From positions 11,864 to 75,863 of the forward strand of contig LUJO01000049.1 of assembly GCA_001689405.1 (NCBI GenBank): a DNA stretch of 64,000 nt, read 5' to 3'. Positions 53,323 through 63,113 of the stretch are shown here, piece after piece. The number at the start of each line of letters is the position of its first letter. Within the stretch, counting starts at the first letter, position 1. This DNA is from Candidatus Homeothermus arabinoxylanisolvens. GTDB taxonomy: Bacteria > Bacteroidota > Bacteroidia > Bacteroidales > Muribaculaceae. The notes beneath the pieces are model-generated. The model was given only the letters and a program-made list of their open reading frames with translations. It made no database searches and was not told the origin of the DNA. A program made the position numbers and the translations under genes.

Positions 53323-53422
53323 GAACGGGCATCGTCCACCGGCTACATTTCGTATTGACATTTTCGCGGGTGCCATGCTACCGGGGCCTCTACCACAGGC
53401 AAGGCCGGCGTCCATGCGATTT

Positions 53423-55222
53423 TTAGTGATGTTTATTCGAGAAGTAGTCGGAGCGGATAATGGCGTCGGAAGTACGGCGTGCAGCACGAAGCAGAGGCAG
53501 CAGACCGGGTGCAAGCGTGGTCGAGTCACCGACTTCTTCACCTGTCATCATGGATATGGCATAGGCTCCGCGAGAGGGGTCGAGCAAGCTCTGGCCCTGT
53601 CCGTACCATTCGTAGTCGGAGAGCCCCAGCATAGCCAACAGTGTCGGATATATGTCTATCTGGCCGGCTACAGAGTCGGTGCGCCCTGATATAGGTGAGT
53701 TGAGTACGATAAACGGCGTGTACTGGCGTGGCGAGACAAGCCGTGCAGCCTCGTCCGATGAGTTTATGAAATCACGACGATCACCCGCAAGGCCTTCATG
53801 ATCACCGACTATAACTACAAGTGTCTCGTTGAAATCGCTGCGTGAGCGCAGATAGTCGATTATGGTGTGCAGCTGTGAATCGGTATAGTGCGCCATAGTG
53901 ATGTAATCGGCGAGACGCCGGGGCAAGTCCATGTCGCTTATATCGAAGTCGGGGTCATGCATATCCTGAGGCAGCTGGAATGGATTATGACCGGAATATG
54001 TCACAAAAGTAAGCATACGTGGCTCACCTTCGGGCCATATCGTATCTTCTCCAAGTTTCTTCACCGACTGACGGAAGAATGAGCCGTCGCTAAGTTTCGC
54101 GGGATTGCCTATCATCTCGTCCATGACCCACGCGCTTCGGTCAATGAGCACGTCGTAGCCGAATGCGCGGCTTATGGCTTGCTGGTTCCACGTGATAGGC
54201 TTGTCGCAGGTAAATATGTAACTTAATGAACCATATCGTTCATTAAGGGCCTTGTTGAGCGAGGGATAGGTGACCGACGGATATTTCATGCTGTATACCG
54301 ATCCGTTCATTGGCATAAGCCCCGAGTGTATGAGCAACTGGCAGTCTATCGAGCGGCCTGAAGCCACTTGGGTGAGTATATTAGGAGCGTAGAAGGTGGT
54401 GCTGTCACGCAGAATGTTGTTGAGGTAGGGGGTGATTTCTTTACCGTTTACAGTGGCTTCCAATGGCCAGCTTTCAAGGCTCTCGCAGATAATGAGTACG
54501 AGATTTTTGCGGGCCTCTACACTGTCTGGCAGTACCGGCGCGGCTACAATAGATTCATGGGTCGAGATCCATCGGTCAATTTCCGGTTTTGCATCGATGG
54601 TGTCGCGTCGTCTGCTGTCCATCAACGAGTACGCTATATGTCCGGCTATCGTGTAGGTGGGAACTCCGCAAGTGCTATAGTAACATGACTGAACCAGCTT
54701 GTCGTAGGCATTATAGAAACCACCTCGCAAATTAATGACTATTGCGCTTATAATCAGCAGTACGGACAGTATTAACAGGGGTAAGGCAAACGCACGAGCG
54801 GGCCTCGGCTGACGGTGCATTACGACTGCCGCAACGACCGGTATGATGAGGCCGATGATGTCAAATGCCCGGAGCGAATCAATCAGGCTGGCCGTGAAAT
54901 CGGTGAGGTTGCCTGCAAGAAAGTAACTTTCCGGGGGTATCGCCGTCAGGTAGGTGCGGCAATACATCAGATTGGCCTCACACAGGCCGTAGGCGATAAG
55001 AAGTGCGGTTATGTGGACCCACGTGCGGCGCGTGAAGATGTAGGGTAGCGACAGCAATATTGTTGCTGCTGTGGTGTTGACCCACAACAACGGGTCGCTC
55101 ATGGCGCGGAAGGTCGTCGCCATGCACCAGTCGATGTTAAACCACAACAGCATCGCGAACGATGACGTAATTGCCGTAATGAAGGTATCGTCTACCCGGA
55201 AGCGTCTTATGATGCGTTTCAT
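53423..55222 (-). CDS. LTA-synthase/sulfatase-family membrane protein (phosphoglycerol- or phosphoethanolamine-transferase-like)
   Basis: ORF trimmed to the ATG at 55222 (MKRIIRRF...). It has about five N-terminal TM helices and a C-terminal alkaline-phosphatase-superfamily domain. Confidence 0.75.
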   Translation of the reverse strand: MKRIIRRFRVDDTFITAITSSFAMLLWFNIDWCMATTFRAMSDPLLWVNTTAATILLSLPYIFTRRTWVHITALLIAYGLCEANLMYCRTYLTAIPPESYFLAGNLTDFTASLIDSLRAFDIIGLIIPVVAAVVMHRQPRPARAFALPLLILSVLLIISAIVINLRGGFYNAYDKLVQSCYYSTCGVPTYTIAGHIAYSLMDSRRRDTIDAKPEIDRWISTHESIVAAPVLPDSVEARKNLVLIICESLESWPLEATVNGKEITPYLNNILRDSTTFYAPNILTQVASGRSIDCQLLIHSGLMPMNGSVYSMKYPSVTYPSLNKALNERYGSLSYIFTCDKPITWNQQAISRAFGYDVLIDRSAWVMDEMIGNPAKLSDGSFFRQSVKKLGEDTIWPEGEPRMLTFVTYSGHNPFQLPQDMHDPDFDISDMDLPRRLADYITMAHYTDSQLHTIIDYLRSRSDFNETLVVIVGDHEGLAGDRRDFINSSDEAARLVSPRQYTPFIVLNSPISGRTDSVAGQIDIYPTLLAMLGLSDYEWYGQGQSLLDPSRGAYAISMMTGEEVGDSTTLAPGLLPLLRAARRTSDAIIRSDYFSNKHH

Positions 55223-55256
55223 CTGTCGTACTATAATGTATGTGTCAATAAAGGGT

Positions 55257-56588
55257 TTATTCCACCGATGCCGGAGGTGTGTCGGTGACATAAATTCTTT
55301 TGAGGGTTATCGTTGTAGGAGCGTCTGTCTTGAAGCCGAGCATATGTATGGCCGATGTGTCGAGCGCCTCGGGCTCCGAGTCGCTGTTTTTTGTAGCTCC
55401 CGCAAGTGCTATCACTACGAGTTTTTTGCCGTTGAAGCCGGTAGTGAAGTGTTTAAACCAATGGTCGGTGGAGTCGTAAATCTGAAATTTAACATCGGCC
55501 GACGGAGCTTCTTCAAGTTCCGCCACGATGTATTTATATCCCGATATATCTACGGGCTTTTCATAATACCAGCCTCCGAAACTATTTGACTTCGTTTTAA
55601 ATTCGCGGGTGTTACAGTCGAACTCTCCGATTTCACACATTACCGGATTGAAGCGGTCAAGACTGAAAGTGAAGTCGCCTTCGGAGTGGTCGGGCCGGGG
55701 TATGCACGGCTCATTTTCGGGATAATCAACGCGAGGATTGTCAATGCCCATGAGTGCAAGCATGGTCGTCGCATACCGGCAACCCAGCACACGGTATCCG
55801 TGAGAAGAAAAGTGCGAGTTGTCACCTCTTTGCGGAATATTGGCTGCCGATACGACATGGGCCGTAGGGATGGTATTTGGCAGACTGTCTATAATGGCAT
55901 TCATCGCTCCGCATACTCCTCCCTGTTCCGTAGTCACGACCTCTCCGGCAAGAAGAGGTACTTCATCGGCATTAAGGCCGAGGTCGGCAAGCAGATTCCG
56001 GTATATTTCATTGACTTTGGCCGGCCACTCGGTGTCGCCCGTATTTGACTCGCCCTGATGAAGGAGTATGCCTTTTATCACACCCTCTTTCTGGGCTTTG
56101 CGACCATATTTTACGAGCGCATTGTATGGGTGGTTGTCATACCCGCTCATTATATTTTTGAACCAGTCGGGCGCGTTTTTTAGCGAATCCTGATCGAAAT
56201 TCTTGTCGTAGTGCTCGATTCTGCATCCGGCTACGGCTACCGGTATAACACCTATTTTTATGTCGTCCGGGAGGTTGGCTGCCATAGTACGACCAAAATA
56301 ATCCATAGGGGTAAGGCCGTAGTTCTGGTTGACAAGCGGGGGAACGGCCGTGTACCATTCGCCCTTTACTCTCGTCCCGTCGGCGTAATCTACGGTTGAC
56401 ATAACCTTGAACCGTTCCGATACATCGAGCCGGTCCATCGGTTCCACGAATGAGCTTCCCTGCATGTTTGACTGACCGAGACATAGATAGATGTGGAAAT
56501 TTTTGTCTTGGGCCATGCCGCTTACCGCCATTATCATAGCCGGTACAAGAAGTCTGATTGATCTGGATACCCTCATTGTTGATTGCAA
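55257..56588 (-). CDS. SGNH/SASA-type carbohydrate esterase (sialate O-acetylesterase-like) with a C-terminal extra domain
   Basis: 443 aa with a signal peptide and the GQSNMQGS catalytic motif context (FHIYLCLGQSNMQGS). Confidence 0.7.
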   Translation of the reverse strand: MQSTMRVSRSIRLLVPAMIMAVSGMAQDKNFHIYLCLGQSNMQGSSFVEPMDRLDVSERFKVMSTVDYADGTRVKGEWYTAVPPLVNQNYGLTPMDYFGRTMAANLPDDIKIGVIPVAVAGCRIEHYDKNFDQDSLKNAPDWFKNIMSGYDNHPYNALVKYGRKAQKEGVIKGILLHQGESNTGDTEWPAKVNEIYRNLLADLGLNADEVPLLAGEVVTTEQGGVCGAMNAIIDSLPNTIPTAHVVSAANIPQRGDNSHFSSHGYRVLGCRYATTMLALMGIDNPRVDYPENEPCIPRPDHSEGDFTFSLDRFNPVMCEIGEFDCNTREFKTKSNSFGGWYYEKPVDISGYKYIVAELEEAPSADVKFQIYDSTDHWFKHFTTGFNGKKLVVIALAGATKNSDSEPEALDTSAIHMLGFKTDAPTTITLKRIYVTDTPPASVE

Positions 56589-56636
56589 TTGATTCTCACA
56601 AAGATAATATATTGGTTCAATATATAATACAATATG

Positions 56637-56666
56637 ACAAGAGGCCGACTTATGTCGACCTCTTGT
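56637..56666 (-). terminator. Hairpin downstream of tRNA (CAT)
   Basis: ACAAGAGGCCGAC ttat GTCGACCTCTTGT, 13-nt arms with one mismatch. Confidence 0.45.
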
Positions 56667-56670
56667 GGTG

Positions 56671-56744
56671 TAGCGGGATCGAGAATTGAACTCGAGACCT
56701 CCGGGTTATGAATCCGACGCTCTAACCAACTGAGCTATCCCGCC
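56671..56744 (-). tRNA. tRNA with anticodon CAT (Met, or Ile2 if lysidine-modified)
   Basis: Hand-folded: acceptor GGCGGGA/TCCCGCT, D arm GCTC-AGTTGGTTA-GAGC, anticodon loop TTCATAA and T arm TCGAG-TTCAATT-CTCGA. Confidence 0.85.
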
Positions 56745-56822
56745 ATTACCGTTTTGCGAGTGCAAAGTTAATAGTAATATTTTAATTGTGCAACACTTTG
56801 CTTAGGTATTTTTAAACTTAAA

Positions 56823-58484
56823 TTAAAAAAATATGAGTATCAGCAATTGTGCTATAACCACGCGGCAGAACATAGACAGGGGGTATACTGTGGCGTAACT
56901 CACTGCGGCATTGTCGCTCGGCAGTGTGTCATTGACATAGTTAAGTGCCATGGGATTGGCCATGCTTCCGCACAGCATGCCGCATGCCGAACCGAAATCA
57001 AGGCGTGAACAGTATACGGCCACGAGAGCCATGATGATAACGGGCACTATGGTTATGGCGAAGCCGATTGCTATCCACAGAATCCCTGCGGAGTGAAACA
57101 GGGTGTCCATAAAGTGCGCTCCGGCTTCAAGGCCGAGACAAGCCAGATAGAGCGACAGGCCCATGCCGCGGAGCATGAGGTTGGCGCTGCGTGTGGTGTA
57201 GGTGATGAGGTGAAATTGCGGCCCGAAACGCCCGATAAGTATGCCTACTATGATCGGGCCGCCCGCGAGTCCGAGTTTGATAGGGGTACTGATGCCGGGT
57301 ATGGCTATGGGTATCGAACCGATAAGCAGTCCGAGCACTATGCCTATGAATATAGCGCATAGATTGGGGTCTTTCAGTGTTATATATGCATTGCCGAGTA
57401 CTTTCTCGACATTTTCTATGGCTTTGGCCTCGCCGACTACGGTAAGACGGTCGCCCAGTTGAAGTACAAGGCTCGGTGTGGCGAGCAGCTGCACTCCGCT
57501 TCGCAGGACGCGGCTTATGTTTATGCCGTAGCTGTTGCGCAGACGCAGCGAGCCCAGACGTTTGCCGTTGATTTCGGGACGGCTGACAATGATGTGCTTC
57601 GATATGAGCTGGCTGTCGATGGTGTTCCAGTCTATGTCATCTTTGTTCCAGTTCTGGGCTTCCTGTTCACCGAAGAGTATGGTAAGTTTGGCCTCATCCT
57701 TTTCTGTCGTTACCACAAGCAGGCGGTCGTCTTTCTCAAGATGGGTTTCAGGTCCCGGTATCGATACGGTGCCGTTGCGCCACAAACGTGATATTACAAA
57801 CTTGGACGGCGACATTGACGCAAGCTCCTTTATTGTCATATGATATATGCCCGGATTGTGTACCTGATAGGCCGCTATGTAGGTGCTGTTGCCGTCATCC
57901 TGCTCATGGTCGAGCAGCTGCTCGGGTTTGATGAACAGTTTTCTTACCAATATGATGGCCAGTATCACTCCGACCACGCCGAGAGGATACGTGACCGCAC
58001 AGCTCAGTGCCGCACCGTTGGCCGACACTCCTACTTGGTTAAGAGCCTGCTGAGCCGCACCGAGCGCCGGCGTATTGGTCGTGGCACCACACATTATACC
58101 TACCATGTCGCTCATGGATATTCCGCCTATGGTGCTGATAAGTACCGTCATAAGAGTGCCGAGAAGTATGACTCCCAGTCCAAGCAGGTTCAGCTTGACG
58201 CCTCCTTTGCGAAACGAGCTGAAGAAGCCGGGACCTACTTTCAGTCCTAATTCATATACGAAAAGCACGAGTCCGAAGCTCTCGGCGTAGTGCAGCATGC
58301 CCGGGTCGATGGAGAGTCCGAGATGTCCTGCCAAAATGCCGGCGAAAAAAACAAATGTCACGCCGAGCGAAATGCCGAAAACTTTTATCTTGCCCAATGC
58401 AAGACCGACAGCGATGATTATGGCTATGACAATCACAGCTTGCACCGCCGAATGTTGATATAGTATGCCGTCAATCCATTCCAT
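56823..58484 (-). CDS. YidE/YbjL-type (AAE family) transporter with two central RCK_C/TrkA_C domains
   Basis: 553 aa with duplicated membrane domains flanking a soluble region carrying two TrkA_C-like repeats (...DDRLLVVTTEKD..., ...GDRLTVVGEAKA...). Confidence 0.8.
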   Translation of the reverse strand: MEWIDGILYQHSAVQAVIVIAIIIAVGLALGKIKVFGISLGVTFVFFAGILAGHLGLSIDPGMLHYAESFGLVLFVYELGLKVGPGFFSSFRKGGVKLNLLGLGVILLGTLMTVLISTIGGISMSDMVGIMCGATTNTPALGAAQQALNQVGVSANGAALSCAVTYPLGVVGVILAIILVRKLFIKPEQLLDHEQDDGNSTYIAAYQVHNPGIYHMTIKELASMSPSKFVISRLWRNGTVSIPGPETHLEKDDRLLVVTTEKDEAKLTILFGEQEAQNWNKDDIDWNTIDSQLISKHIIVSRPEINGKRLGSLRLRNSYGINISRVLRSGVQLLATPSLVLQLGDRLTVVGEAKAIENVEKVLGNAYITLKDPNLCAIFIGIVLGLLIGSIPIAIPGISTPIKLGLAGGPIIVGILIGRFGPQFHLITYTTRSANLMLRGMGLSLYLACLGLEAGAHFMDTLFHSAGILWIAIGFAITIVPVIIMALVAVYCSRLDFGSACGMLCGSMANPMALNYVNDTLPSDNAAVSYATVYPLSMFCRVVIAQLLILIFF

Positions 58485-58659
58485 GCGGCAAAATTACAAA
58501 AAATAAACACATCGCGCGACAATAAGGCTCCATTCCCCGAAAATTGTCAATGCCGGGCATCAGGGATGCGTGGTTGAGACAGCTCCGCCGCGGTCAATAA
58601 TTTTTTAAGCCGGAGCCTTAATATAAAGTGGTAAATTTTCATGTGTTAATATAAATCAG

Positions 58660-58667
58660 TACCTTTG
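58660..58667 (+). promoter_or_regulatory. Candidate -7 promoter box for the GT4 operon
   Basis: TACCTTTG matches TAnnTTTG. It overlaps the GTG start of the supplied ORF, which argues for the downstream ATG at 58700 as the real start. Confidence 0.4.
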
Positions 58668-58699
58668 TGGTTGTTCAACGCTATTTTTTGCACGCGCTG

Positions 58700-59875
58700 A
58701 TGAACAGGACTGACGACAAGATATACGGTTTATTTAACGATAGTTTTCCTCCGGTGCTTGACGGAGTGACCCTTACGGTACAGAATTATGTGCATTGGCT
58801 TTCTGCCATGGGGTACCGTACGTGTGTCGTGACGCCATGGAATCCCGTTACTCCGCCTCATGAAGGTTTTGACCTGTACCGTTACTTCTCCCTGTCGATA
58901 GCCTCGCGTAAACCGTATCGGTACGGCTATCCGAAGATAGACCCGTTTATATGGCACAAAATGCGTACTGTCCCGTTTGCGCTTGTGCATTCGCATTGTC
59001 CGTTCTCGTCGGGACGTCTCGCTCTTTATGCGGCCCGTAAACAAAGAGTGCCGCTTGTAGCCACTTTCCACTCCAAATACCGTACCGATCTTGAACATTC
59101 ATTGCCGTCATGGATGGTATCGCGTATCATGAAGCGTATTATGAATTTCTTTAACTCCGCCGATGAAGTCTGGATTCCGCAGGCGAGGGTAGAGGATACC
59201 GTAAGGGAATACGGATATAAAGGGCGTCTTACCGTGGTTGAAAACGGCATTGATCTTGAAATGACGGATTTTGAGTCGATACTCGACTTCAAGCGGGGGG
59301 CGCGTGAACGGCTCGGCATAGCGCCCGGTGAAATGACACTGCTTTTTGTAGGTCAACATATACGGGAAAAGGGAGTGGAACTTATAATACAGGCTATGGA
59401 CCGGCTTCGTGATCTGCCGGTAAAGATGTCGTTTATCGGCACCGGATATGCCGTATCGGATATGAACGGGCTTATAAAAAGGCTCGGGCTTGAAAGTAAA
59501 ATCACCTTGCACGGAGTCATCAGCGACAGGGAACTGCTGAAATGCTACTATGCCGCAGCCGACCTGTTCTTGTTTCCCTCGATGTATGACAATGCGCCGC
59601 TGGTAGTGCGTGAAGCCGCCATGATGGGTACTCCGTCGATTATATTGAAAGGTTCGACCGCTTCGGAGGTCATAGTCGACGGTGTCAACGGATTTTTGGC
59701 CGATCAGACGCCCGACAGTTACGCCGATACTGTAAGACGGCTTTATAAAGCTCCCGACTCGGTAATAGCTGCCGCCAAAGGTGCGTCATCCACTCTTACA
59801 CGTTCATGGCGCGAGGTCATGGACGAGGTGGTGTTACGATATAAAGAAATAATAGAACGATATGGGCGCAGTTGA
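58700..59875 (+). CDS. Glycosyltransferase family 4 (GT-B fold)
   Basis: About 391 aa from the ATG at 58700. It has an N-terminal DGVTLTV... sugar-acceptor domain and a C-terminal GT1/GT4 motif region (FPSMYDNAPLVVREAAMMGTP). Confidence 0.8.
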   Translation: MNRTDDKIYGLFNDSFPPVLDGVTLTVQNYVHWLSAMGYRTCVVTPWNPVTPPHEGFDLYRYFSLSIASRKPYRYGYPKIDPFIWHKMRTVPFALVHSHCPFSSGRLALYAARKQRVPLVATFHSKYRTDLEHSLPSWMVSRIMKRIMNFFNSADEVWIPQARVEDTVREYGYKGRLTVVENGIDLEMTDFESILDFKRGARERLGIAPGEMTLLFVGQHIREKGVELIIQAMDRLRDLPVKMSFIGTGYAVSDMNGLIKRLGLESKITLHGVISDRELLKCYYAAADLFLFPSMYDNAPLVVREAAMMGTPSIILKGSTASEVIVDGVNGFLADQTPDSYADTVRRLYKAPDSVIAAAKGASSTLTRSWREVMDEVVLRYKEIIERYGRS

Positions 59876-60965
59876 CAATACACCGGGCGTAAATAAGGCC
59901 TCCAAGTCGGCTAAATTCGGCTTGTGGAGGGTGTTTGTTCCGGTGATTATCGGACTGTGTGTCGTGGTATGGCTCTTTAAAAGAGAATTTAATGCCGATA
60001 TCTGGCATATGATACACTTCGACACCCGCGTGGTGTTGTGTATTGTCCTTGCATGGATATTCATGGCCGGACGCGATTTCGGCCTTACTTGGCGCTTCCG
60101 GGCGTTGACAGACAGGCGTCTCACATGGTGGCAGGCCCTAAGGGTCAATTTTATGTGTGAGTTCACGTCGGCCATAACTCCTTCGGCTGTCGGAGGCTCT
60201 TCACTCGGCATGATATTCATGCATCATGAGGGAATCGATCTCGGTAGAGCTACAACGCTTATGCTCACTACGCTTTTTCTCGACGAGCTGTTTTTTGTGG
60301 TAGCCTGTCCTGTAATAGTGGCCATAATACCGTATGACATGCTGTTTGGCTTTGACGGGTCATCGTTTGTCATCGGTCTTAAACTGGTGTTCTGGATTGT
60401 CTATGCCGCCATATTTTTATGGACGCTGATACTTTTTATCGGCATATTGGTCAGGCCAAACGGCATGAAGCAGTTTCTTGTATGGATATTTAAACTCCGT
60501 CCTTTGCGCCGGTGGCAGTCTGCCGTGGCAGCTTTGGGCGACAATATGGTAGCCACCTCGAAGGATCTGCGTACGCGCTCTGCAAGATGGTGGTTCGATG
60601 CGTTTGCCGCTACTGCCCTCACTTGGTCATCGCGTTATCTTGTGGTAAACGCCCTGTTCTTGGGTTTTGTACCCGGCGCCGACCAGCTCGTTGTATTCGG
60701 ACGCCAGTTTGTGGTGTGGGTGGTGCTTATGGTAAGCCCCACGCCCGGAGGCAGCGGAGTGAGCGAGTGGCTGTTTACCGAATATTACGGCGATCTGCTC
60801 CACAATACGAGCATAGCGCTTGTAATAGCCCTTTTCTGGCGTCTGATAACATATTATGTATACCTTGTCATAGGTGTGTTTCTTGCTCCGTCAATGTTTC
60901 GCGCACCCAAGAAACCGATTGTAGAAAAAGATAATGATGATAAAAACAATAACGCTATAAAATGA
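59862..60965 (+). CDS. Flippase-like / lysylphosphatidylglycerol-synthase TM-region family membrane protein
   Basis: 367 aa, polytopic, overlapping the GT4 stop by 14 nt. It has the family-typical PTPGGSG(V)SE motif. Confidence 0.7.
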   Translation: MGAVDNTPGVNKASKSAKFGLWRVFVPVIIGLCVVVWLFKREFNADIWHMIHFDTRVVLCIVLAWIFMAGRDFGLTWRFRALTDRRLTWWQALRVNFMCEFTSAITPSAVGGSSLGMIFMHHEGIDLGRATTLMLTTLFLDELFFVVACPVIVAIIPYDMLFGFDGSSFVIGLKLVFWIVYAAIFLWTLILFIGILVRPNGMKQFLVWIFKLRPLRRWQSAVAALGDNMVATSKDLRTRSARWWFDAFAATALTWSSRYLVVNALFLGFVPGADQLVVFGRQFVVWVVLMVSPTPGGSGVSEWLFTEYYGDLLHNTSIALVIALFWRLITYYVYLVIGVFLAPSMFRAPKKPIVEKDNDDKNNNAIK

Positions 60966-61720
60966 AATTCATAGGTATAATTCCGGCACGATACGCATCC
61001 TCGCGTTTCCCCGGCAAACCGCTTGCCGACATATGCGGCAAAACCATGATTGAACGTGTGTATCTTCAGGCCTCGAAGGAGCTTGAGGATGTGTATGTGG
61101 CTACTGATGACGTGAGAATAGCCGATGCCGTGGAGGCTTTTGGCGGCAAGGCGGTCATGACCTCAACCGAGCATAGGAGCGGTACCGACCGTTGTTATGA
61201 GGCTTACCGCAATATCGGCAGCGACGCTGACGTGGTAATTAACATTCAGGGCGACGAGCCGTTTATCGATCCGTCGCAGATAGCCGCTCTGAAGCGTTGC
61301 TTCGACGACGAGTCGACCCAACTGGCTACACTGGTGCGGCGTTTTGACCCTTCACGCGGTTTTGAAGCCTTGTCTGACCCTAATACGCCTAAGGTAGTCA
61401 TCGATGACAATATGCATGCTCTTTATTTCAGCCGCTCTATCATACCGTATGTACGCAATTACGAGTGGAAAGAGTGGCCCGATAAAGCTACATTCTATAC
61501 TCATGTGGGCATGTACGCATACCGCATAGGAGCTTTGGCGAGAATAACATCGCTTCCGCAGAGCTCGCTTGAGCTTGCCGAGTCGCTTGAACAGCTCCGA
61601 TGGCTGCAGAACGGCTTAAATATAAAGGTCGGCATAACGAATTGTCCTACTATAGGCATAGACACCCCTGCCGATCTTGAAGAAGCCATAAAATTGTGCA
61701 GGTCATTAAACTCCCTTTAA
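60962..61720 (+). CDS. kdsB: 3-deoxy-manno-octulosonate cytidylyltransferase
   Basis: 252 aa starting MKFIGIIPARYASSRFPGKPLADI, with NIQGDEP and EQLR motifs. Confidence 0.9.
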   Translation: MKFIGIIPARYASSRFPGKPLADICGKTMIERVYLQASKELEDVYVATDDVRIADAVEAFGGKAVMTSTEHRSGTDRCYEAYRNIGSDADVVINIQGDEPFIDPSQIAALKRCFDDESTQLATLVRRFDPSRGFEALSDPNTPKVVIDDNMHALYFSRSIIPYVRNYEWKEWPDKATFYTHVGMYAYRIGALARITSLPQSSLELAESLEQLRWLQNGLNIKVGITNCPTIGIDTPADLEEAIKLCRSLNSL

Positions 61721-61730
61721 ATAAAGACCT

Positions 61731-63041
61731 ATGATAGAAGTTCCCGACAGAACTACGCCTCCGCGGGTAAGTGATTTCGGCCGACTTGTGATGCCGCCGC
61801 TCCGCGACATCACTCTTGCCAACGGACTGCCTCTGCACGTCATAGATCAGGAGTCGCAGGAGGTCTGTTGTCTGACATGTGTATGGCGGGGCGGACTTGC
61901 CGAGGCTCCGTCGCGTCCTGTAGCGCAACTTATGCTTAACCTGTTGCGCGAGGGAACTCGGAACAGCTCGGGCGAGAGTATAGCCGACAGGCTTGAGTTT
62001 AACGGCGCGCGGCTGGTGACTTCGGTCGACTCGCATTATTCGGTTGTTAAGCTGTATATGCTTAATTCAAAGGTGGCCGACGTTTTGCCGCTGCTCCCTG
62101 AGCTTTTTCTTGAGCCTGTTTTCCCTGATGCCGCTTTCAATACGTGGCAGGAGAAACTTGCGCGCAATTTTGAAATTTCGGCGGAAAAAGTCGAGTTTCA
62201 GGCTTCATGGGCCGGAAATCGGCTTATGATGGGCGAGAATCATCCTTTGGCCCGGGTTATGACTGCCTCTGACATACGCGCTCTCTCGGTAGACGAAGTA
62301 AAGCTATGGCATGCTCGCTCTTTTGTGCCGGTTGTCGATGCTTCGGGCGACAGCTCGTTGTCATTGTATCTGTCGGGGTGTGTCACTCCGGCGCTTATTG
62401 ACATGGTAGACCGCAGTCTGGGCCGTATGCCCGTCGGGAGGTCGGCGTTGCAACCGTTTGAAATAGTCCCGTTCGTGAATTCCACGGGTGTCAGAAAGCA
62501 TATCGATATGCCGGGCGCCATGCAGAGCGCGGTACGTATGTATATGCCGGGATTGTCGCGCAGTCATCCCGACTATATAAAACTGCGTCTGCTTACGGTA
62601 GCGCTCGGAGGTTATTTCGGAAGCCGTCTGATGAGTAACATCCGTGAGGATAAAGGCTATACTTACGGCATAGGCTCTTATTTGCTCGGCTATCCCGAAG
62701 GAAGTATAATCGGCATCAGTTCCTCGACTGACAATGCGTTGGTGGAGCCGCTTATTGAAGAGTCGGTGAAAGAACTCAAACGGTTGTCATCGGGCGATTT
62801 CACCGAGGACGAGATGGCGCGGTTAAGGCGTTATGCCATGTCTACGCTGGCTTCCTCGCTTGATTCGGCGTTTGAAATCATGGACTATCATATTGACGGT
62901 AAGATAGCTTTTCTGCCCGACAATTACTTCGAACGTCAGGTCGAGGATACCATGACGCTCACTTCCGACGAGCTTGTGAGGGTCGCCCGCGAACATATGC
63001 CGGTCGGTGACCTCAGTATAGTCGTCGCCGGCGGAAAATAA
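61731..63041 (+). CDS. M16 (pitrilysin/insulinase) family protein, probably a non-catalytic type
   Basis: 436 aa with the M16 two-domain pattern. I did not see an HxxEH motif. Confidence 0.7.
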   Translation: MIEVPDRTTPPRVSDFGRLVMPPLRDITLANGLPLHVIDQESQEVCCLTCVWRGGLAEAPSRPVAQLMLNLLREGTRNSSGESIADRLEFNGARLVTSVDSHYSVVKLYMLNSKVADVLPLLPELFLEPVFPDAAFNTWQEKLARNFEISAEKVEFQASWAGNRLMMGENHPLARVMTASDIRALSVDEVKLWHARSFVPVVDASGDSSLSLYLSGCVTPALIDMVDRSLGRMPVGRSALQPFEIVPFVNSTGVRKHIDMPGAMQSAVRMYMPGLSRSHPDYIKLRLLTVALGGYFGSRLMSNIREDKGYTYGIGSYLLGYPEGSIIGISSSTDNALVEPLIEESVKELKRLSSGDFTEDEMARLRRYAMSTLASSLDSAFEIMDYHIDGKIAFLPDNYFERQVEDTMTLTSDELVRVAREHMPVGDLSIVVAGGK

Positions 63042-63096
63042 TGTTGACGCCGGTACGATATTTGCGGCCTTGTTTTTATAGTTGTATGGAATTTGG

Positions 63097-63104
63097 TAAC
63101 TTTG
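63097..63104 (+). promoter_or_regulatory. Candidate -7 promoter box for tgt
   Basis: TAACTTTG matches TAnnTTTG, 10 nt upstream of the ATG at 63114, which implies a very short leader. Confidence 0.35.
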
Positions 63105-63113
63105 TAGCTGATT

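Noticed and set aside
52970-53689. ORFs of 81, 109 and 152 aa in the 52.9-53.4 kb gap
   Set aside because: They span palindromic repeats, are rich in Arg/Pro/Gly/Cys, and partly overlap the 3' end of the LtaS-like gene. The region is better explained as non-coding structured DNA or RNA.
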